Assembly: GCA_965113315.1 (NCBI GenBank)
Contig: OZ220375.1
Length of the DNA: 64,000 nucleotides
Origin: Podarcis vaucheri
Taxonomy: Eukaryota
Direction: 5' to 3' (one strand)
The position numbers and the translations under genes were made by a program. The notes under the pieces are model-generated. The model was not told the origin of the DNA. It saw only the letters and a program-made list of their open reading frames with translations, and made no database searches. Below, one piece after another: positions 59,226 to 64,000 of this stretch; positions within the stretch are counted from its first letter, which is position 1; each line of letters begins with the position of its first letter.

Positions 59226-59470
59226 TTATACACCACCTATCTGGCTGGGTTTCCCCAGCCATGCTACAACTTGTGTGCCTAAATATTTGCTTTGTATTCT
59301 AGAACCTTCTCAACAAGTGTAAATAAAGAGTGTAAATAAAGAGGTCATAAGGGATAAACTAAGTCTCTGTTGTTCTCTCCTCTGATGGAAACTGATGCCA
59401 AGATGGTGCAGGAAATGTGGTCTTTTCAGTCCCACCTAAGAACTCTTTCAGATACCTGCAGCAGAGAACA

Positions 59471-59472
<2 letters not shown>

Positions 59473-59517
<45 letters not shown>
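59473..59517. repeat. (GT)n microsatellite
   Basis: Seen directly. Confidence 0.97.
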
Positions 59518-59518
<1 letters not shown>

Positions 59519-60018
59519 ACATGCACACACACCATTCCATGTAAAGAAGTCAACTGCATAGACAGTTGAATATTTAATAATGGCTATAAGCTAGCAGCTT
59601 CTAAGACACCTCAAGGCAGCAGGATAATTTGGGCTCAGTAGCACACACAACTCTGTCCTTGAACACCACTTCCTGTCTCTCAGTATCTGCCACTTGATGC
59701 AGAGGCCTCAGTCTGCCTAACATCCCTGAAAGAATGACACTTTTGACTACATGCAAAAAGAGGCAGCAGAGTAGTAGAAGTTATCTTACAATTTGGGTAC
59801 CATTTTGTGTAGCAAATTGGTCTTAGTTTAGCACATATAGAATTAAATGAAATGGTTAATCCTAGTGAGATATGTTTCAAAATACACTCCACTACATGAA
59901 CCCTAGAAGTTGCAGTCATGCCCCAGCTGCCTAAAGCTTCTGCACCACAGTATTTCCACCTCATTAGTGTTTTCAGATCAATTTCAAATTCAGACTGAAT
60001 TCTTTGGGAAGGTGGCCA

Positions 60019-60408
60019 TGTTAGTAATGCCAAATCCAGATGGCAATACCCTCAAACATAGTGCCCAGTGATGGCACACACATGAAAGCAGTGGATGGTT
60101 GGTGGAAGGACCCTGAGTGAGAAGTGGGGAAGAGAAGATATCCCAGAGTGAGAGACTGGGAGGAGATGAAGAGTTCCTAGAGAGCTGGGAGGGTCCACCA
60201 CTTTCTGTGCATGACAAGGGTTAAGTACTGCCTTTGAGAGAGGTCTCTGTGTTTTCTCTCTCTCTTCCTTTCTCTGTTTTGTTTAGATTAGTTTCTTTTA
60301 TCTTACTGTATTATGAATTAGCTTTAATAAAATATTATGAGAAAAAGAAGAAGACAGAATTCAACTTGCTTCTTAATGGCTTCCGGGACAAAAGAACTGG
60401 CTATGACA
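60019..60408 (+). mobile_element. Possible solo LTR
   Basis: TGT...ACA candidate ends, purine-rich body and AATAAA (~60325) as in 53281-53715; no TSD found. Confidence 0.4.
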
Positions 60409-60449
60409 TATATTCAGGATAGGCATATGTGAAAGACCAACTTCACTCA

Positions 60450-60678
60450 TATTTTTATTTTCTTTATTATTACATTTAAATTTCACATTTCCTCCAAGAA
60501 GTTTAAGGTCGCAAACATAGAACTCTCTCTTCCCATTTTACGCTCAAACCAACCCTGAGCTAGATTAGGTCAAGAGAAAGCATTTGGCTCAAGGTCACCC
60601 ACTTCATTGCTGAGCTGGGATTTGAACCCTGTCTTCCAGGACCTAGTCCAATACTTTAACCACTACACCACACTGGTT
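60450..60678 (-). mobile_element. tRNA-derived SINE (MIR/CORE-like)
   Basis: GGGATTTGAACCC (B box, reverse) and AACCACTACACCACACTGG (A box, reverse); CAACCCTG..AGATTAGG..CAAGGTCACCCA core. Related decayed copy at ~750-925. Confidence 0.65.
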
Positions 60679-62162
60679 CTCATATGTATCCCATAAGAGC
60701 CTGCTTGCTTATTAAAATAATCAATGGAGACTCTCTTATGCCTGATCTAAATTTATTTACTATGCATATATTATTTAAACAAAAATACTGATGCTAGCTT
60801 TGGGAATTCTGGGTCTTCCACTTTGGGATTTCTGGATGTCTGCAAATAGACCCTAATAATTCCCTCTCTTCATACTCTTACCTTAATTAATTCCCTAGTG
60901 TGTTGAATGTAAACAGATTTGTGGTTGTCATCACAGTAGAGTAGTCCACAAACCTCCATGCATGACAGTTTCATAAGGATATAATGTTGCCTGTTGAGTG
61001 CAGCTCATTTTTCGTCCTGTAAAATTATTCATTTTTTGTTTCTAGAAAGAAAGAAGTGTAACCATGGTTGTTGGGGTACTGTTGTTGCAAATGTGATCTG
61101 GATCATTGTGACTAAATTCATAAGGTGATTTTATTTGAAGTTCTTTGTTCACATTTGATTAGCCGCCCATGCAGGAACTACAAGGAGCAAAGCTGGCTGC
61201 TTGATGGTGCCCAACAACTGGATTCTACTTGAATCTCAAGACAGGGTAACAAATAAAAATGGAGACAGCTTGTTTCACTCTAAGAGGTTGTAGACTCTGC
61301 TCGTTAGACTGTAGTGTAGGTTGTGAGGATGTAAAGTAAAAGCCTTAATGTAGCACGAAGGAGAGATATGATACAGCATCTTCAGATAAGATATTCATGA
61401 TAATTTGGCCTAAAAGCAAAACATGCCATCGCATTATAATAATGAAATCACCATTGCCTTTTAAATATGTTGCTAAACTTGAATGAATTTGCCAATTTTA
61501 GATGACTGGGCAAATGCTTACCAAATTGAAACAGAAGATCTTTAAATAATGCTACGAAATGCTCATTCGTCTTTGCATTTGACATGAGATTGACCTGAAA
61601 GACCATACTCATGTAATATGAGAAAAACATAAATAGAAGAGAAATGTGGTTACATGTAGCACTTGAAATGGCACTTAAGTGGCACTTAAGATCCAATAAG
61701 CTTTACTTACTCTTATTGCACATGTGTTAGTGCTATCTGAGTGCAGTACTGTCAATTTCCATAGGCAACTAGATTGTTTAAATTGCTTCTGACAGAGACA
61801 AATAAGGAACAACAAACGGAAGTCATGAACAATGGGTTTAATTAAACTGAGTTTTACTCAGAATAGACCTGCTGAAATGAATGAACATGAATAAGTCCAT
61901 TCATTTCAGTGGGTCTTCTCTGAGTAAATATTTGCTTATTTCATAAAAGGTAATCTGTACAACTTCATTTTTTTTATTTTTTTGCAAACAAGTAAGTTTC
62001 AAAGTACCAGTAATATTTGTTAAAAATCTACACTGACGTGACCTGTGTCTCACCTATAAAATAATTAGAGAAAAGTATGTTTCCTCTTCTAGAAGCTGTG
62101 TGGTATTATACTTCACTATATATACTTATCTGGACTCTTTAGGACTTCTCAGGAGACATGTG

Positions 62163-62398
62163 CAGTGGAACCTCGGGTTGTGAACGTGATCCATGCGGGA
62201 GGCATATTCACAACCCGCAGCGCCGCATCTACGCACTCGTGAGTCGTGATTCAGCACTTCTGCACATGCACAAAGCACGATGTAGTACTTCTGCACATGC
62301 GTGAGCGCCGAAACCCAGAAGTAACCCATTCTGGGTTCAGCGCGGTGCACAACCTGAAAATACATAACCTGAAGAGTCTGGAACCCGAGGTACCACTG
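62163..62398. mobile_element. Tc1/mariner MITE
   Basis: CAGTGGAACCTCGGGTT...AACCCGAGGTACCACTG-TA; same family as 15904-16163. Confidence 0.88.
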
Positions 62399-62708
62399 TA
62401 TATGGCTACATTTAGTCTGTTCATGGTATCCAAAGAATAGCAGAAAACCAAAGAGATTTATGTTTTATAGAAAAAAACCAAACTTCATCAGAAAACAATA
62501 AATAATCTGCTCCTTTCATCTGCTGAACCAAGGAACTTGCTTATTAAAAGAATGATCTCCACATTCACACACTTGTGCACATGCACATAAAAACTCAGAG
62601 TGTAGTCATACTTGTATATTAAATGGTATGTATCAGATTTGAACGATGAAACCTCTATTTCTACCTATTGCCTTTTGCAGTTCCTTGAAATACCCTGAGG
62701 ATAATTTC

Positions 62709-63653
62709 ATGGATAATAAACAATGGAACAATCAAACAATGGTCAAAGAATTCATCCTCCTTGGATTTGGAAATATACATTCATTTCAGCTCCTTTTCCT
62801 GGTATTTCTAGTGATTTACCTTGTGACCATGTTGGGAAACCTTTTGATTGTTATCTTAGTTGCAGCTGATCAACACCTACACACTCCCATGTACTTTTTC
62901 CTCGCAAATTTGTCTTCTTTAGAGTCATGCTACATCTCAACTATTTTGCCCAGAATGCTGAACAGTTTCATAACTGGGAACCAGTCTATGTCTGTGAATT
63001 CTTGTTTCATGCAACTGTATTTCTTTGGGGCCTTGGCTACTGCAGAATGCTATCTGCTTGCTGCTATGTCTTACGATCGGTATCTAGCAATCTGCAAACC
63101 ATTGCATTATATGACCATTATGAATGCCAGGTTCTCCCTGCAACTTTCAAGTGGTTCTTGGGTCATTGGATTCATCGTTAATACTTTAACGACCTCTTCA
63201 ATGATGCACTTAATATTCTGTGGACCTAATGAAATCGACCACTTCTTCTGTGATTTTGCACCATTACTTCAACTGTCTTGTAACGATACCCTGAAAATAC
63301 AGCTGCTGATTTTTGTTCTGTCAGCTCTGTTTGGATTGGTGCCATTTCTTTTAACACTTATTTCCTACAGCTGCATCATAAAAACCATTCTGAGGATCCC
63401 ATCCACTTTAGGAAGGAAGAAAGCATTTTCCACCTGCTCATCACACCTCATTGTGGTTACACTCTTTTATGGCACTATAGTCATTGTATACGTGTTACCA
63501 AAAACCAGAACACTTAGAGACCTTAACAAGGTCTGCTCTGTCTTCTACACTGTCTTAACACCCTTGGTGAATCCTTTCGTTTACAGCCTGAGAAATAAAG
63601 ACATTAAACAAGCGTTAAGGAAAGCTGCGAGATATTTTGTCGATAGATCATAA
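62709..63653 (+). CDS. Olfactory receptor, ~314 aa
   Basis: OR motifs present. An acceptor-like ttttgcag ends at 62680, so ATG 62709 (MDNKQWNNQT) is preferred over ATG 62646. Confidence 0.95.
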   Translation: MDNKQWNNQTMVKEFILLGFGNIHSFQLLFLVFLVIYLVTMLGNLLIVILVAADQHLHTPMYFFLANLSSLESCYISTILPRMLNSFITGNQSMSVNSCFMQLYFFGALATAECYLLAAMSYDRYLAICKPLHYMTIMNARFSLQLSSGSWVIGFIVNTLTTSSMMHLIFCGPNEIDHFFCDFAPLLQLSCNDTLKIQLLIFVLSALFGLVPFLLTLISYSCIIKTILRIPSTLGRKKAFSTCSSHLIVVTLFYGTIVIVYVLPKTRTLRDLNKVCSVFYTVLTPLVNPFVYSLRNKDIKQALRKAARYFVDRS

Positions 63654-64000
63654 GCATAATCAGGCTTTCTTCTGTATAGTCCAGGAATGGAGAACTGGTT
63701 GGACTTCAACTTACATGAGTTCCAGCTACCATGGATAATGGTCAGGGTTGATGGGAGAAGCAGTTTGGCAACATCTGGAGGGCCTTTTTTATTTAAATAA
63801 AAATGTAAAAGCTGCCACTACTATTTCAATGAGATGGCTACCATGATCATACCTTGCTTCCAGAGAAAAGTGTCTTGTTTGAATTAGAATGCTAAATTGC
63901 ATATACAGCCTCGTCTGATCCATTCAATTAATATGTATGTGATTATGACAAAAATGCAGGAATCGTGCCCACAGCCATTCCTGGCTGGCTTGTACCACAG

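Noticed and set aside
58981-59262. Poly-Tyr/poly-His ORF (likewise the HT/CV repeats at 59359-59561 and YLSI at 23376-23624)
   Set aside because: Translations of microsatellites
4099-63653. Assigning mammalian symbols (OR11A1/OR6-like, Vmn2r26-like) or MHC linkage
   Set aside because: These look like lineage-specific expansions; orthology and chromosomal context cannot be established from this window

Overview
Eukaryotic, AT-rich vertebrate DNA. The repeat content (Sauria SINE, BovB, CR1) points to a squamate, probably a lacertid lizard (inference). The window is a chemoreceptor gene cluster with 11 complete olfactory receptor (OR) genes, one OR cut by the window start and two truncated OR relics. 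The ORs form a minus-strand block (1-33.2 kb) head-to-head with a plus-strand block (38.9-63.7 kb). Between two plus-strand ORs sits a single intact six-exon vomeronasal type-2 receptor (V2R, class C GPCR; 866 aa after manual splicing). Upstream of it is a motif nearly identical to one conserved in the neighbouring OR promoters. Most ORs have a splice acceptor directly abutting the ATG, and six share a recognisable 5' non-coding exon donor. Two genes lack that ATG and appear to be rescued in different ways. The OR coding regions are mosaics with gene-conversion-like tracts. Intergenic DNA holds Tc1/mariner and hAT MITEs, SINEs, LINE fragments, a solo LTR and a decayed Ngaro/DIRS tyrosine-recombinase element. 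All calls are from reading the sequence by eye; no searches were run.
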